A DNA stretch of 50,833 bases from positions 1,498,788 to 1,549,620 of the forward strand of contig CP070785.1 of the NCBI GenBank assembly GCA_020346705.1. Direction: 5' to 3'. Positions 1 to 9,774 of this stretch are shown here, in pieces. The position numbers were made by a program, and so were the translations under genes. The notes under the pieces were generated by a model. It ran no database searches, was not told the origin of the DNA, and saw only the letters and a program-made list of their open reading frames with translations. Each line of letters begins with the position of its first letter. The first letter of the stretch is position 1. Source of the stretch: Chloroflexota bacterium (GTDB taxonomy: Bacteria; Chloroflexota; Anaerolineae; Anaerolineales; UBA4823).

Positions 1-555
1 AGCGGAAAAATGAGCTACCACGCCAACGTATCCATGGTGGTTGGTTTTATCAAGGAGATCATGCCACATGTTTGGTCAAGTCGTCCCGATGTCCAGGTCT
101 GGATTGTGGGAAAAGATCCCTCGCCAGGGATACGAGCTTTTGCTCACCATCCAAGGGTGACGGTTACCGGGACTGTTGGAGATATTCGTCCATTCCTTAG
201 GAAAGCAACAATATCCGCCTCGCCAATTAATTACGGCGTAGGAATTCAAAACAAGGTACTTGAAGCGATGGCCTGCGCAACTCCGGTGATCGCATCCAGC
301 CAAGCGGCATCTGCATTAACAGCTGAAAATGGTAAAGAAATCATCATTGCAGATGGATCCCTTGATTTCGCTGATAAATTGATTTCTATGCTAGATGATC
401 CTGAGAAGCGTGAGTTAATTGGGAAATCTGGTAGGCGATACGTAGAAAAGGAACATGATTGGGCTGGTAGGGCTACCCGCCTAGAGGAATTATATACTCA
501 ATCTATCAGGCAGCGGAAGCCATCCAGCAATCCAGAAGTTAAAATTTCGGTCTGA
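1..555 (+). CDS. Glycosyltransferase, GT-B fold (GT4/GT1-like), C-terminal fragment; 5' end lies outside the window
   Basis: The reading frame is open to the window edge, with no stop upstream of nt 10 in frame 1. The C-terminal GT-B signature region GVGIQNKVLEAMACATPVIAS is followed by a typical terminal helix. Confidence 0.7.
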   Translation, partial: SGKMSYHANVSMVVGFIKEIMPHVWSSRPDVQVWIVGKDPSPGIRAFAHHPRVTVTGTVGDIRPFLRKATISASPINYGVGIQNKVLEAMACATPVIASSQAASALTAENGKEIIIADGSLDFADKLISMLDDPEKRELIGKSGRRYVEKEHDWAGRATRLEELYTQSIRQRKPSSNPEVKISV

Positions 556-594
556 ATTGTTAGAGTTATTGCATATTAGAAGGAAAAAGTAATT

Positions 595-2310
595 ATGGAA
601 CTTAAAAGATATATTCTGCCTTTACGCAGGTGGTGGTGGCTCCTGGCAGCTGCCACTTTGATAGCTGCTATCTCAAGCTACCTGGCGACATTGAGCCAGC
701 CCCCGATCTATCAAACCTTGACCACCTTGATGATCGGTCAGGTGATCACCGATCCGAATCCAACCGGTGCAGAGTTCACATTAAGCCGCCAGCTGGCGGG
801 AAATTACGCGGAAATCGCAAACCGGGAACCAGTTCGCATCGCCACCAAGGAAGCCTTAGGTCTAAATTGGCTGCCCAATTACCGGGCAACTGCCCTCCCG
901 AATGGACAGTTTATCGAGATCGTGGTCACTGACACGATCCCAGAAAGAGCGCAAGCGGTGGCCAATGAGTTAGCGCGACAGCTGGTCCTGCGCAGCCCGA
1001 CAGGCAACCAATCCGATGAACAGGATCGGCTGACATTTATCCAAAATCAACTCGATAATCTGCAGCAGCAGATAACGGAGACAGAGACAGAGATCCAGAC
1101 TTTACGAGAAGCGCTAGGTGAGATGGACAGCGCTCGCCAAATATCAGATACACGAACACAAATCAATGCATTGGAAGCGAAGTTAGCCGATCTTCAGGGA
1201 ATTTTCTCGGGTTTGCTGGCAAATACCCAAGGGGGAGCCGTTAATACAATCAGCGTAATTGAGGAAGCTTATGTGCCGAGTCGACCGATTGGCCCAAATA
1301 AGCTGCTGACGATTTCTCTCGCCGCTGCAATTGGTCTTTCCCTGGCAGTGCTGGCGGCATACTTATTAGAGTACCTTGATGACACAGTGAAGACCCCAGA
1401 AGATGTGGAGAAATTAACCGGCGTTCCGATTATTGGTTACTTATCCGAGCAGGATGTTGAAGGGAACGGATTACTCTTCGCAGCTGAGAAGCCTCGTCAC
1501 CCAAGTGTTGAGGAAGTGCGTGCACTGAGGACAAATCTCGAATTCGCCGGAGTTGACCAACCATTAAAGACGCTCCTGATCAGCGGAACAGAGATGGATG
1601 TGGGTAAGACCTCTGTGGCTGCAAACCTAGCGGTGGTTATGTCCCAGGCTGAGAAGAACGTAATCCTGGTCGATGCAGATATGCGCAGACCGAATGTGCA
1701 TAATTATTTTGGTATGCCGAACAACTTTGGTCTTAGTGATGTCTTTCGAGGTGAATTTAGCCTTGATGAAGTCGCAAAGAACTGGTCAGGCGGCTCGGTT
1801 TCAGTGATTACAGCTGGAAATCCACCTCCAAATCCTTCAGAGTTGCTTGGATCCAAGAGAATGGAGGAAATCCTCGATATCTTGGGTGCTCAAGCCGATC
1901 TGGTGATCATCGATGGGCCGCCATTTCTCGTCGCTGATGCACCTCTGCTGGCTTCCAAGGTGAATGGTGTGTTGTTGATCGTCCAGCTAGGGCACACCAG
2001 GGAACTGGCGATTAAAGCGATGATCGATCAAATTCAACGGGCAGGTGCTAAGGTAGTTGGGGTGGCCCTCAATCGTATTCCAGCCAGACGGGTTGGATAC
2101 TATACCGGGAGTTCATATTATTCGTCTTATTACTCTCAAGTAGAAGATAACAAGGCGAAATCCGGTCAGCAAAAAGGGGGTCGAAAAAGGTTCTCCTTTT
2201 GGCCATTCAATAGATCATCGAAGGACAAAGCCAGTGGTAGAAATCGAAGGGTGTTTGATGAGATCGATAAGATCGAGAGTGAGGATGAAGGATTCGTTTG
2301 GCGAGATTAG
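595..2310 (+). CDS. Polysaccharide co-polymerase (Wzz-like) fused to a BY-type protein tyrosine autokinase
   Basis: 571 aa. It has an N-terminal TM, a coiled-coil segment (LDNLQQQITETETEIQTLREAL) and a second TM (LLTISLAAAIGLSLAVLAAYLL). A P-loop domain follows, with Walker A-like GTEMDVGKTS, A' VILVDADMRRP and B LVIIDGPP, plus a C-terminal tyrosine cluster GYYTGSSYYSSYYS. An AGGAA-type SD lies upstream. Confidence 0.8.
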   Translation: MELKRYILPLRRWWWLLAAATLIAAISSYLATLSQPPIYQTLTTLMIGQVITDPNPTGAEFTLSRQLAGNYAEIANREPVRIATKEALGLNWLPNYRATALPNGQFIEIVVTDTIPERAQAVANELARQLVLRSPTGNQSDEQDRLTFIQNQLDNLQQQITETETEIQTLREALGEMDSARQISDTRTQINALEAKLADLQGIFSGLLANTQGGAVNTISVIEEAYVPSRPIGPNKLLTISLAAAIGLSLAVLAAYLLEYLDDTVKTPEDVEKLTGVPIIGYLSEQDVEGNGLLFAAEKPRHPSVEEVRALRTNLEFAGVDQPLKTLLISGTEMDVGKTSVAANLAVVMSQAEKNVILVDADMRRPNVHNYFGMPNNFGLSDVFRGEFSLDEVAKNWSGGSVSVITAGNPPPNPSELLGSKRMEEILDILGAQADLVIIDGPPFLVADAPLLASKVNGVLLIVQLGHTRELAIKAMIDQIQRAGAKVVGVALNRIPARRVGYYTGSSYYSSYYSQVEDNKAKSGQQKGGRKRFSFWPFNRSSKDKASGRNRRVFDEIDKIESEDEGFVWRD

Positions 2311-2394
2311 CCAAAATTATTTGGTTAGTTCATTTAACAGCAACAAATTAAGATGGTATTGATAATATAGATATTTTGTATAAAGTCTAAGAGA

Positions 2395-2437
2395 TCAAAA
2401 AAAGGGCTGTCCAGATTTCCGAACAGCCCTTTTTTTT
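2395..2437. terminator. Bidirectional intrinsic terminator between convergent genes
   Basis: GGGCTGT (2404-2410) pairs with ACAGCCC (2423-2429) around a 12-nt loop. An A-run precedes it and a T8 run follows. It lies between the stop of the BY-kinase gene and the stop of the S1-domain gene. Confidence 0.75.
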
Positions 2438-2457
2438 GTTTATTTTGTGGTTATTTT

Positions 2458-3237
2458 CTACTCAGAAGCGGTCTTAACCTTATGCTCTAAGGTGCGGGAT
2501 AGTATCTGATCCAATTCTGGATCAACGCCTGGTGATTTGGTCTTCGTTTCCAGCTCACTTTCATCAACATCAGATTGAGTTTTTCCCATCGCCTCTCGAA
2601 GCGCCAATTCCATAGCAGTGGGAATTTCTTCTTCTTGTTCTTCTGGCTCACTGGTTTTGGATTGCTTCTTCTTAGAAACTGGCTTCTCTTCGAAGACAGG
2701 TTTATCTTCCAGAGCCTTCATGCTTAATTTAATCTGTTTCTTGCGGCGATTCACTTCCAAAATTTTAACTTCGACTTCATCGCCTTCCTGAACCTCTTGT
2801 TTTGGATCTTTGATGTATTCATGGGTAATCTCACTGATGTGAACTAATCCCGGTCGTTCAGTACCGATTTCGACGAAAACTCCGAATTTTTCAATGCGTG
2901 TGATTTTTCCTTTGACAACCATGCCCTTTTCAAGCTCGCGCCATTCGAGAGGGAGAGGTTCGATCATGGTTAATTCAAGCCGGTCCCGGCGCGGTTCTAC
3001 GCGCCTGACCCAAACTTCCACTTCTTGACCGACTTCGACTACATCTTCAACCCGGTTTACAGGCTCTTTCTGCAGTTGTGAGATGTGAATGACTCCTGGC
3101 ATTTCGAGGCCAATATCCACTAAGGCACCAGCCAGGGTAGTTTTAACAATTGTGCCGGTGAACTTCATCTTTCGCTTCACATCCGACAAATCATTGATCT
3201 CCGCGTTTTCAGGGGTCGCTACATCATTAGCTTCCAT
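2458..3237 (-). CDS. S1 RNA-binding domain protein (two S1/OB repeats with a Lys/Glu-rich C-terminal tail)
   Basis: There are two S1-like repeats (GTIVKTTLAGALVDIG...GVIHISQL and GKITRIEKFGVFVEIG...GLVHISEI). I place the start at ATG 3237 because GGAG lies 8 nt upstream; the track's GVG-type start at 3246 abuts the SD. Confidence 0.8.
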   Translation of the reverse strand: MEANDVATPENAEINDLSDVKRKMKFTGTIVKTTLAGALVDIGLEMPGVIHISQLQKEPVNRVEDVVEVGQEVEVWVRRVEPRRDRLELTMIEPLPLEWRELEKGMVVKGKITRIEKFGVFVEIGTERPGLVHISEITHEYIKDPKQEVQEGDEVEVKILEVNRRKKQIKLSMKALEDKPVFEEKPVSKKKQSKTSEPEEQEEEIPTAMELALREAMGKTQSDVDESELETKTKSPGVDPELDQILSRTLEHKVKTASE

Positions 3238-3341
3238 AGCGCACACTCCAATATAAAATTTTCTAACACACTCGCCTACATGTGGCGATACTATCGCTAG
3301 AATGGAATAGGGCGATGTGGGGGCAACGCCCGCAGGAGAGT

Positions 3342-3370
3342 ATTATACTTGGCGAAGTAACAAAAGTCAA
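3342..3370 (-). promoter_or_regulatory. Sigma-70-type promoter for the S1-domain gene (TTGACT-17-TATAAT on the minus strand)
   Basis: Plus-strand AGTCAA at 3365-3370 and ATTATA at 3342-3347 read as TTGACT and TATAAT on the minus strand with 17-nt spacing. This predicts a leader of about 100 nt. Confidence 0.5.
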
Positions 3371-3392
3371 AACAAAGATGATTAATAATCGT

Positions 3393-6300
3393 TTAAGATA
3401 CACCTTCATTCACTTTTTCTGCCATCAATATATCAAATAAATTCAGCAAATCTTCACGCCAATTGGTGAGTGATTTGTAAGCCATCCAGAGCGCGGTTTT
3501 CCCGATCCTCACCTGTGGTGGTAAATCAGGTGGTAAATCTGGAGGCAGCTGTTCATCGCGATACCGTAATACAATCTGATTGCTTTCAACGGTGACACTC
3601 GATATGCCTGCTATTTCGGCGAGAAGTTTTATTTTCAGTTGGAACAATAGATTTCGAACTGGTTTTGGGGGGATCCCAAATCGATCGGTGAATTCCTCGA
3701 AAATGGCGTCAATCTCGGGCAAGGATCTCAGATCAGCAATCCGGCGATAAAGGCGAATGCGCATGTTCTTATCGGGGACATATTCGGAGGGAATACCTGC
3801 ATTAATGGGCAGATCAACGCTCACCAGAGGTCTTAACAAGTCCATGCTTACCGCGGTTGGATCTGGTGGAAGACCGCGGTCTTTTCGCAAGCGGGAAACC
3901 GATTCAGCCAACAAGCGAGTGTACAGGTGGAAACCAACTGCGACGATGTGTCCATGTTGGCGCGTTCCCAGAATATCACCTGCTCCCCGAATTTCCAAGT
4001 CGCGCATGGCGATAGAAAAACCTGCCCCAAGCTGGATATTCTCGGCGATAGTCTCCAGTCGCTGGCGACCATCTCTGGTAGGCTTTTTGCGCCGGTGTTT
4101 GAAGAAATAGGCGTAAGCGCGTTGGGCACCACGGCCGACGCGGCCTCTAAGCTGGTAAAGCTGGGAGAGACCAAAAGTATCGGCGCGATCGACGATGAGG
4201 GTATTGGCATTCGGAATATCAAGCCCAGATTCGATGATCGAGGTGCTCAATAGGACATCAATTTCACCGGCAGTGAACTGTTCCATCCTTGAAGAAAGGG
4301 AATTTTCATCCATTTGACCATGGGCAATAGCAATGCGGGCTTCAGGGACGATCTTACCGAGATGGCTGCGCATAGCCGTTATAGTTTGAACCCTATTGTG
4401 AACGAAGAAGACCTGTCCCCCTCGTTCCAGCTCGCGCAGGATCGCTTGCCTGACCAATCGAGGTGAGTAAGAACCAACATGGGTTATGATCGGCAGCCTT
4501 TCTTCAGGTGGGGTATTAATGGTAGATATATCACGTACTCCGGTGAGTGCCATGTACAACGTTCTTGGAATGGGCGTAGCAGTGAGGGTGAGCACGTCCA
4601 CTTCGGTACGCATTTGTTTGAGATGTTCCTTATGGGTTACCCCAAACCGTTGTTCCTCATCGATGATCAACAGACCGAGATCGTTAAATTCGACGTCCGC
4701 TTGAAGCAGGCGATGGGTACCAATAATAATATCCAGGCTGCCAAGGGCCAAGCGAAACAGGATATCGTTCTGCTGTTGTGTGGAACGGAAGCGAGACAGC
4801 ATCTCGACTTCTACTGGAAATGCAGCCAGACGTTCCCGGAAAGTGTTGAAATGCTGTTGGGCCAACACTGTGGTTGGTACCAGCATGGCGACCTGTTTGC
4901 CATCCATGACAGCTTTGAATGCGGCCCGCAAAGCTACTTCGGTTTTTCCATAACCCACATCACCGCAGATTAGCCTGTCCATAGGCTGGTTGCGTTCCAT
5001 ATCCAGCTTTACCTCTCCAAGGACACGAATTTGATCTTCCGTCTCGATATAAGGGAAGCTGGCCTCCAACTCTTTCTGCCAGGGTCCATCTTTAGAGAAC
5101 GAATATCCACTGACGATTTGCCGCTGTGAGTACAGGCTTAGTAGATCTTTAGCCACCTCCTCCACGGCTTCTTTGACCCGTTCCTTGACATTCTTCCATT
5201 CGAGGCTGCCTAATCTGCTAGGAGAGGGCGTGCGCTTATCCGATCCGATATAACGCGTTACCCGGTCAGCCTGATGGACTGGTACATACAGTTGATCTCC
5301 TTCAGCATATTCAATGGTCAGGTAATCTCGCTCGACCCCGTCGACCGTACGGGCGACAAGACCTAAGAATCGACCAACACCATGATCGACATGGACAACC
5401 CAATCACCGATTGCTAAATCAGTATAGGCAGCTTCGGGCGCTTCAGCAGAGGCGCGATATCGTTGACGTGGTTCGGGACGCCGCCAACCGAATATCTCCC
5501 CATCAGTAAGTAACTGGAGGGGTGGACAGGAAGGCTGGGTTAATATCCATCCTTCTGCAAGACTCCCTTCGACAAATACAGGCGGGATAGAGTTATTCTC
5601 GCCCTCGATAGAGATTTCGGACCACAATTCATGCAGCCGTCCTGCCTGGCGAGAAACTACGACTATTCTGTTACCAGCTGTGAATTGTTGACCAAAATAA
5701 TCCAAGAGAGGTTTTAACTGTCCCCCGAAACGGGGACCAGAGGAAAATTGTTTGGCAAATGATGTTGTCTCCAGCATCGCCGACGGGCCAAGCTCAATCG
5801 TGGGATGAATAGATAGTGAATCATGGATTTCAGTCAAAGTCAGGTATGGGATTGGATAATCAGGGGATAGGGATTCTTCTGCAATGTAATCTGTGCGCAT
5901 TTCAACTGCCTGCTCTTCGATTTCATGGATCGTATCATTCATATCCTCATAATGATCGACAAGCACCAGTGATTTCCGGGGCATATAATCGAGGATACTG
6001 GCTGGAGAGGAATGCAGGACAGGGATATGAAATTCCGAATAGTCTCTATCTTCGGGTTGAGTGTGCTCATCTGGGAGCAGGTATTCTCTGGCGGGTGAAA
6101 CCATCAACTCAGTAACTTTATCTGTGGAGCGTTGGGTAGCAGGATCGAACAATCGCATGCTGTCAATCTCGTCGCCAAAAAAATCTAACCTGACCGGATG
6201 AGATTCAGCAGGCGGCCAAAGATCGATAATACCTCCCCGGCGAGCTAGCTGGCCTGGTGAAATCACGGTGTTGACTGATTCATACCCCCTTTTTATTAGC

Positions 6301-6884
6301 TGGCGAACTAAGTCCTCTAAGCGGATATTCTGGTTTACCTTTAGAATTCGCACGGCTTTAAGAAATTCCCTGCGAGGAATTGTCCTCGTGATTGCACCTC
6401 TTGCTGGGGTAATTATCAGCGGTGGTGGTAAGGGAGATTGGGCAGCGGGAATATGGAATGAGGCTAATTTTGTCAATACCAGGAGACGATCGCGGCGGGT
6501 TCTTTCACCCCAGGGAGAATTCTCGTAGAACAACGGACCGGGTTCTGGAAAGAAGAGACGATCAGCATCCGGTGAAAGCAATCCTAGCTCATCATATAGT
6601 GTTAATGCGCGATCGGTGCGATCAGTGAGCAGGAGGATAGGGATTTGCAGCTTCTCATAGATCCCTGCCAGAACGGGAAGTCTTGCTGAACGGCGCAAGC
6701 CAATACCTGGAAATTCTGCTGTTCCACTGACGGAGGAACTGAATTGCGAGTCCAAGCCGTGTTCAACGACTGTGCGAAGATTTTCAATCAAATCGTCTGC
6801 ACAGTCAATGATTGGATTAATCAGCACATCTTGGATTTTAGGAGCTGTCAATTTGACCTCGAGAAATGGAAGAAGGGATGGCAA
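3393..6884 (-). CDS. mfd: Transcription-repair coupling factor
   Basis: 1163 aa. It has a CarD/TRCF RNAP-interaction region ([18 protein letters not shown]), SF2 helicase Walker [12 protein letters not shown], the DEEQ box [11 protein letters not shown], and a conserved C-terminal TRCF domain. It sits directly downstream of pth, which is the classic pth-mfd arrangement. Confidence 0.95.
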   Translation of the reverse strand: MPSLLPFLEVKLTAPKIQDVLINPIIDCADDLIENLRTVVEHGLDSQFSSSVSGTAEFPGIGLRRSARLPVLAGIYEKLQIPILLLTDRTDRALTLYDELGLLSPDADRLFFPEPGPLFYENSPWGERTRRDRLLVLTKLASFHIPAAQSPLPPPLIITPARGAITRTIPRREFLKAVRILKVNQNIRLEDLVRQLIKRGYESVNTVISPGQLARRGGIIDLWPPAESHPVRLDFFGDEIDSMRLFDPATQRSTDKVTELMVSPAREYLLPDEHTQPEDRDYSEFHIPVLHSSPASILDYMPRKSLVLVDHYEDMNDTIHEIEEQAVEMRTDYIAEESLSPDYPIPYLTLTEIHDSLSIHPTIELGPSAMLETTSFAKQFSSGPRFGGQLKPLLDYFGQQFTAGNRIVVVSRQAGRLHELWSEISIEGENNSIPPVFVEGSLAEGWILTQPSCPPLQLLTDGEIFGWRRPEPRQRYRASAEAPEAAYTDLAIGDWVVHVDHGVGRFLGLVARTVDGVERDYLTIEYAEGDQLYVPVHQADRVTRYIGSDKRTPSPSRLGSLEWKNVKERVKEAVEEVAKDLLSLYSQRQIVSGYSFSKDGPWQKELEASFPYIETEDQIRVLGEVKLDMERNQPMDRLICGDVGYGKTEVALRAAFKAVMDGKQVAMLVPTTVLAQQHFNTFRERLAAFPVEVEMLSRFRSTQQQNDILFRLALGSLDIIIGTHRLLQADVEFNDLGLLIIDEEQRFGVTHKEHLKQMRTEVDVLTLTATPIPRTLYMALTGVRDISTINTPPEERLPIITHVGSYSPRLVRQAILRELERGGQVFFVHNRVQTITAMRSHLGKIVPEARIAIAHGQMDENSLSSRMEQFTAGEIDVLLSTSIIESGLDIPNANTLIVDRADTFGLSQLYQLRGRVGRGAQRAYAYFFKHRRKKPTRDGRQRLETIAENIQLGAGFSIAMRDLEIRGAGDILGTRQHGHIVAVGFHLYTRLLAESVSRLRKDRGLPPDPTAVSMDLLRPLVSVDLPINAGIPSEYVPDKNMRIRLYRRIADLRSLPEIDAIFEEFTDRFGIPPKPVRNLLFQLKIKLLAEIAGISSVTVESNQIVLRYRDEQLPPDLPPDLPPQVRIGKTALWMAYKSLTNWREDLLNLFDILMAEKVNEGVS

Positions 6885-6896
6885 TAACCAGCGATA

Positions 6897-7526
6897 TTAT
6901 TCATTATCTCCATCGGTTTTAGGGTTATACCGATTCATGGCTGTTTCTAAATCTTCGGTGATAAATGTAATGATGGCTTCACCAGCTCGTTCGAGAACAT
7001 GAGGAAGAAATTCGGCATCTTCACCAGAAAAGTCTTTAAGAACATAAGATGCGGCCCCTTTTGTGCCCGGCGGACGACCAACACCAAGCCTCATGCGAGG
7101 AAAATCATTTGTTCCAAGGCGTTCGATGATCGATGTGATACCTTTATGGCCACCTGATCCACCAGAAGGGCGAATCCTGATCCTGCCAAAAGGTAAATCG
7201 ACATCATCGTATACAACCATCAGGTTTTCCAGTGGGATTTTGTAGAATTTGATCAACGAGGCGACAGATTGGCCGGATAGATTCATATAAGTCTGTGGTT
7301 TAGCCAGGATGATGTTTTGGTTGTTGTGTTTCTTTTTTGTGACCAAAGCTTTTGATTCTAAACGTGAAAATGAGGTATCCAACCTTTCTGCTAATTGGTT
7401 CAGCAACATAAATCCGATATTGTGCCGGTTGGATTGGTATTGCCGGCCAGGGTTTCCAAGCCCGACTATTAAATAAACAACAGCAGTAGCAGGTGTCGAT
7501 TCCATCAAAAGTGTAGTCCAATCCAA
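6897..7526 (-). CDS. pth: Peptidyl-tRNA hydrolase
   Basis: It carries the signature VGLGNPGRQYQSNRHNIGF and is the size typical of Pth. The true start may be the internal Met at 7505 (MESTPATAVVYLIVGLGNPG). Confidence 0.9.
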   Translation of the reverse strand: MDWTTLLMESTPATAVVYLIVGLGNPGRQYQSNRHNIGFMLLNQLAERLDTSFSRLESKALVTKKKHNNQNIILAKPQTYMNLSGQSVASLIKFYKIPLENLMVVYDDVDLPFGRIRIRPSGGSGGHKGITSIIERLGTNDFPRMRLGVGRPPGTKGAASYVLKDFSGEDAEFLPHVLERAGEAIITFITEDLETAMNRYNPKTDGDNE

Positions 7527-7556
7527 TTGACCAGATTTCTTTCCAGGAGAATTCCC

Positions 7557-8204
7557 TTATCCATCTCCACTTCTCCTTCTATTACGAACGAATTGGTATA
7601 AGCCGAAAACGACGAATAAACCAAAGGCAGCCGCAGCACCTTTACCGAGACTTAAGCCGATATCGCGAGTATCGATTCGTGCCGGATTAGGGGGAAATGG
7701 CGTGGCTGTGAAAGGTAGAGGGGTAATAGTCATTGTTGGTGAAATTGTCGGTGCAAGTGTATCTTCTGGAGCGGGAGTCGACGTTGGGTGAGGAGTGCTC
7801 GTTTCGATGATTGAGTAATTCCGAATTCTCAAGCCAGGTATGGAGCTGATATACTGTTCGTCGCTGGTTGTGAGGACCACTCTGAGCGTGTATTGTCCAT
7901 CTGTCAGGGTGTTCGTATCCCATTCCAGACTGAATTCTTGTGGGATCTCCTCATCAATCTCATGAATTAGAAACCAGGTATTGCGTGGATCCTCTGCATA
8001 AGAAAAGCTCAGTTCAAATTTAAGGGCTCCCTCCGTGTTGATCTCGCCAGTAACCAGTACTGTGCCTTGCAGTGCACCTCCCGGTTCAGGTGCTATGATG
8101 ATGATTTGAGACCTTGAATTATCGGTTATCTCTTGGGCGTCAACTTCAATCCAAGGAATCAGGCTCATGAGCAGGATCGAAACGCTGGTAATCAGTCTGA
8201 TCAT
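7557..8204 (-). CDS. Secreted/membrane-anchored hypothetical protein (signal peptide, Ig-like beta-domain, Thr/Pro linker, C-terminal TM anchor)
   Basis: It has an N-terminal signal-like segment MIRLITSVSILLMSLIPWIEVDAQ and a beta-rich middle (LEWDTNTLTDGQYTLRVVL). A TP-rich linker follows, then the C-terminal hydrophobic helix AAAAFGLFVVFGLYQF and a basic tail RNRRRS. Confidence 0.5.
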   Translation of the reverse strand: MIRLITSVSILLMSLIPWIEVDAQEITDNSRSQIIIIAPEPGGALQGTVLVTGEINTEGALKFELSFSYAEDPRNTWFLIHEIDEEIPQEFSLEWDTNTLTDGQYTLRVVLTTSDEQYISSIPGLRIRNYSIIETSTPHPTSTPAPEDTLAPTISPTMTITPLPFTATPFPPNPARIDTRDIGLSLGKGAAAAFGLFVVFGLYQFVRNRRRSGDG

Positions 8205-8309
8205 CGCAATCCTCTAGTTTAACATGTAGCCGTATGATGGTCAAATCTACATCAAGATTTGTTTCTATCGAATCCAAATTATTTTCCATTTCCGGGTGTA
8301 TGAATCCTG

Positions 8310-8339
8310 TTGAGTGAAAACATTCGATCGGGCTATAAT
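8310..8339 (+). promoter_or_regulatory. Candidate promoter for the methyltransferase gene (TTGAGT-18-TATAAT)
   Basis: TTGAGT lies at 8310-8315 and TATAAT at 8334-8339, in the divergent intergenic region. Confidence 0.35.
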
Positions 8340-8421
8340 GAAAATCCTGGAGAAAGAATGAGTTTTGATTGATTCAAAACCGACCTGAAAAACCAATAAA
8401 ATCTATTGAATTGATTACATT

Positions 8422-9171
8422 ATGAAGTTCAATCCAATCTATTACCACCTTCAACATAGAGAAATGACCGAGGATCTTCCATTTTGGAAAAGAATGGCAA
8501 AAGAGATGGGAAATCCAATATTGGAATTAGGGTGTGGAACTGGGAGAGTCCTGCATCCGCTCATTGAAGCCGGATACGATGTCTCTGGAATAGATATCAG
8601 TTATCAAGCATTACATTTTTTGAGAAAGCAGTCATCTGAGCAACAGGCCACCGAGCTCAAATTATTCCAGGCTGATTTTGAACGATATCACCTTGCCAAA
8701 AAGTTCTCGCTTGTGATCATGGCGTGCAATACCTTGAGCACATTTCCGCGAATCAATCTGATTAAGGTTTTTACCGGGGTAAACAGACATCTATTGGAAA
8801 ATGGTGTCTTCGCAGCAAGTATGCCAAATCCGAGCTATTTGGCAAGCTTACCTGAGGAGGGCGATTCGGAAGTTGAAGGTTCGTTTCTTCACCCTGAATC
8901 TGCCAATCCTATTCAAGTTAGCAGTGGATGGCAGCGAGTTGATCAATCAATTGCTATTACTTGGCATTACGATCATCTGCTACCGGATGGTCAAGTCGCG
9001 CGGGAAACGGTTGAAATCATGCACTACCTGACGCAGAAAGATGAGTACTTAGCGGAACTGCAAGCAGCAGATCTTATTCCTGTGGAGATTCTTGGTGATT
9101 TTGACCGATCTGAATATCACGGGGATTCTCCTTATCTGATCCTGGTAGCTGGTAAGAGAACAAGATTCTAA
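8422..9171 (+). CDS. Class I SAM-dependent methyltransferase
   Basis: It has motif I ILELGCGTGRV and an acidic post-I residue (VSGIDIS). At 249 aa it is a typical Rossmann-fold MTase. Confidence 0.75.
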   Translation: MKFNPIYYHLQHREMTEDLPFWKRMAKEMGNPILELGCGTGRVLHPLIEAGYDVSGIDISYQALHFLRKQSSEQQATELKLFQADFERYHLAKKFSLVIMACNTLSTFPRINLIKVFTGVNRHLLENGVFAASMPNPSYLASLPEEGDSEVEGSFLHPESANPIQVSSGWQRVDQSIAITWHYDHLLPDGQVARETVEIMHYLTQKDEYLAELQAADLIPVEILGDFDRSEYHGDSPYLILVAGKRTRF

Positions 9172-9266
9172 TGAAAAACCAACGTTCCATTTGTGAATAT
9201 CTGATACTCCCCAGGTATGATTGTGGACATACTTAATCAATTGTATCCAAGGAGATTATTGAAGAA

Positions 9267-9689
9267 ATGATGGCGTATTATGTTTCCCCTTATCGAAGGT
9301 TTGTTCGTCGAGACCGCAGAGTCGATAGTTCAATCCGCAATGCAAAACCGATGGAACGGGAAAAGGTCCTGGCGGTAGATGTGAAATCTGATGACGAAGC
9401 CTACACAATATCTGCCCTAATTCCTGGAATCGAGGCGGAAGAGATCAATGTTGAAATTTTAAACAATACAGTTTCAATTCGCGGCGAATTCAGTGAAAAC
9501 GGTGAGAATGATCAAGACCACCTATTGGTGAACGAACTTCCGTTTGGGAGTTTCAGCCGGGTGCTGACCCTACCAACAAGGCTCGATCCTGCCAAAGCGG
9601 ATGCCAATTTGAAGAACGGCGTGTTCACATTACGGGTACCCAAGGCAGAGGAAGATCGACCCAAAGTAATCAAGATCAGTGCCAATTAG
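9267..9689 (+). CDS. Small heat-shock protein, Hsp20/alpha-crystallin family
   Basis: The alpha-crystallin domain reads AVDVKSDDEAYTISALIPGIEAEEINVEILNNTVSIRGE...GSFSRVLTLP...ANLKNGVFTLRVPK. Confidence 0.9.
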   Translation: MMAYYVSPYRRFVRRDRRVDSSIRNAKPMEREKVLAVDVKSDDEAYTISALIPGIEAEEINVEILNNTVSIRGEFSENGENDQDHLLVNELPFGSFSRVLTLPTRLDPAKADANLKNGVFTLRVPKAEEDRPKVIKISAN

Positions 9690-9708
9690 TTGAAGAATTT
9701 CTAATTAG

Positions 9709-9744
9709 AAAAAAGGGAAGGTCTCGAAGCACCTTCCCTTTTTT
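9709..9744. terminator. Bidirectional intrinsic terminator between hsp20 and the convergent eRF1-like gene
   Basis: GGGAAGGT (9715-9722) pairs with ACCTTCCC (9731-9738) around an 8-nt loop, with an A6 run upstream and a T6 run downstream. Confidence 0.8.
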
Positions 9745-9774
9745 GGTTTAAAAATTGGATTTAATTTGCTTTCT

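Noticed and set aside
630-932. A 100-aa alternative-frame ORF inside the Wzz/BY-kinase gene.
   Set aside because: It lies on the same strand, out of frame and wholly inside a well-supported 571-aa gene. Its composition is Arg/Pro/Gly-rich, as expected of an off-frame read.
3517-3540. A tandem 12-bp duplication, GGTGGTAAATCA / GGTGGTAAATCT, inside mfd that encodes [10 protein letters not shown].
   Set aside because: It is in frame, has only two copies, and lies in a linker of the C-terminal region. It is probably a benign slippage duplication rather than a regulatory repeat or phase-variation tract.
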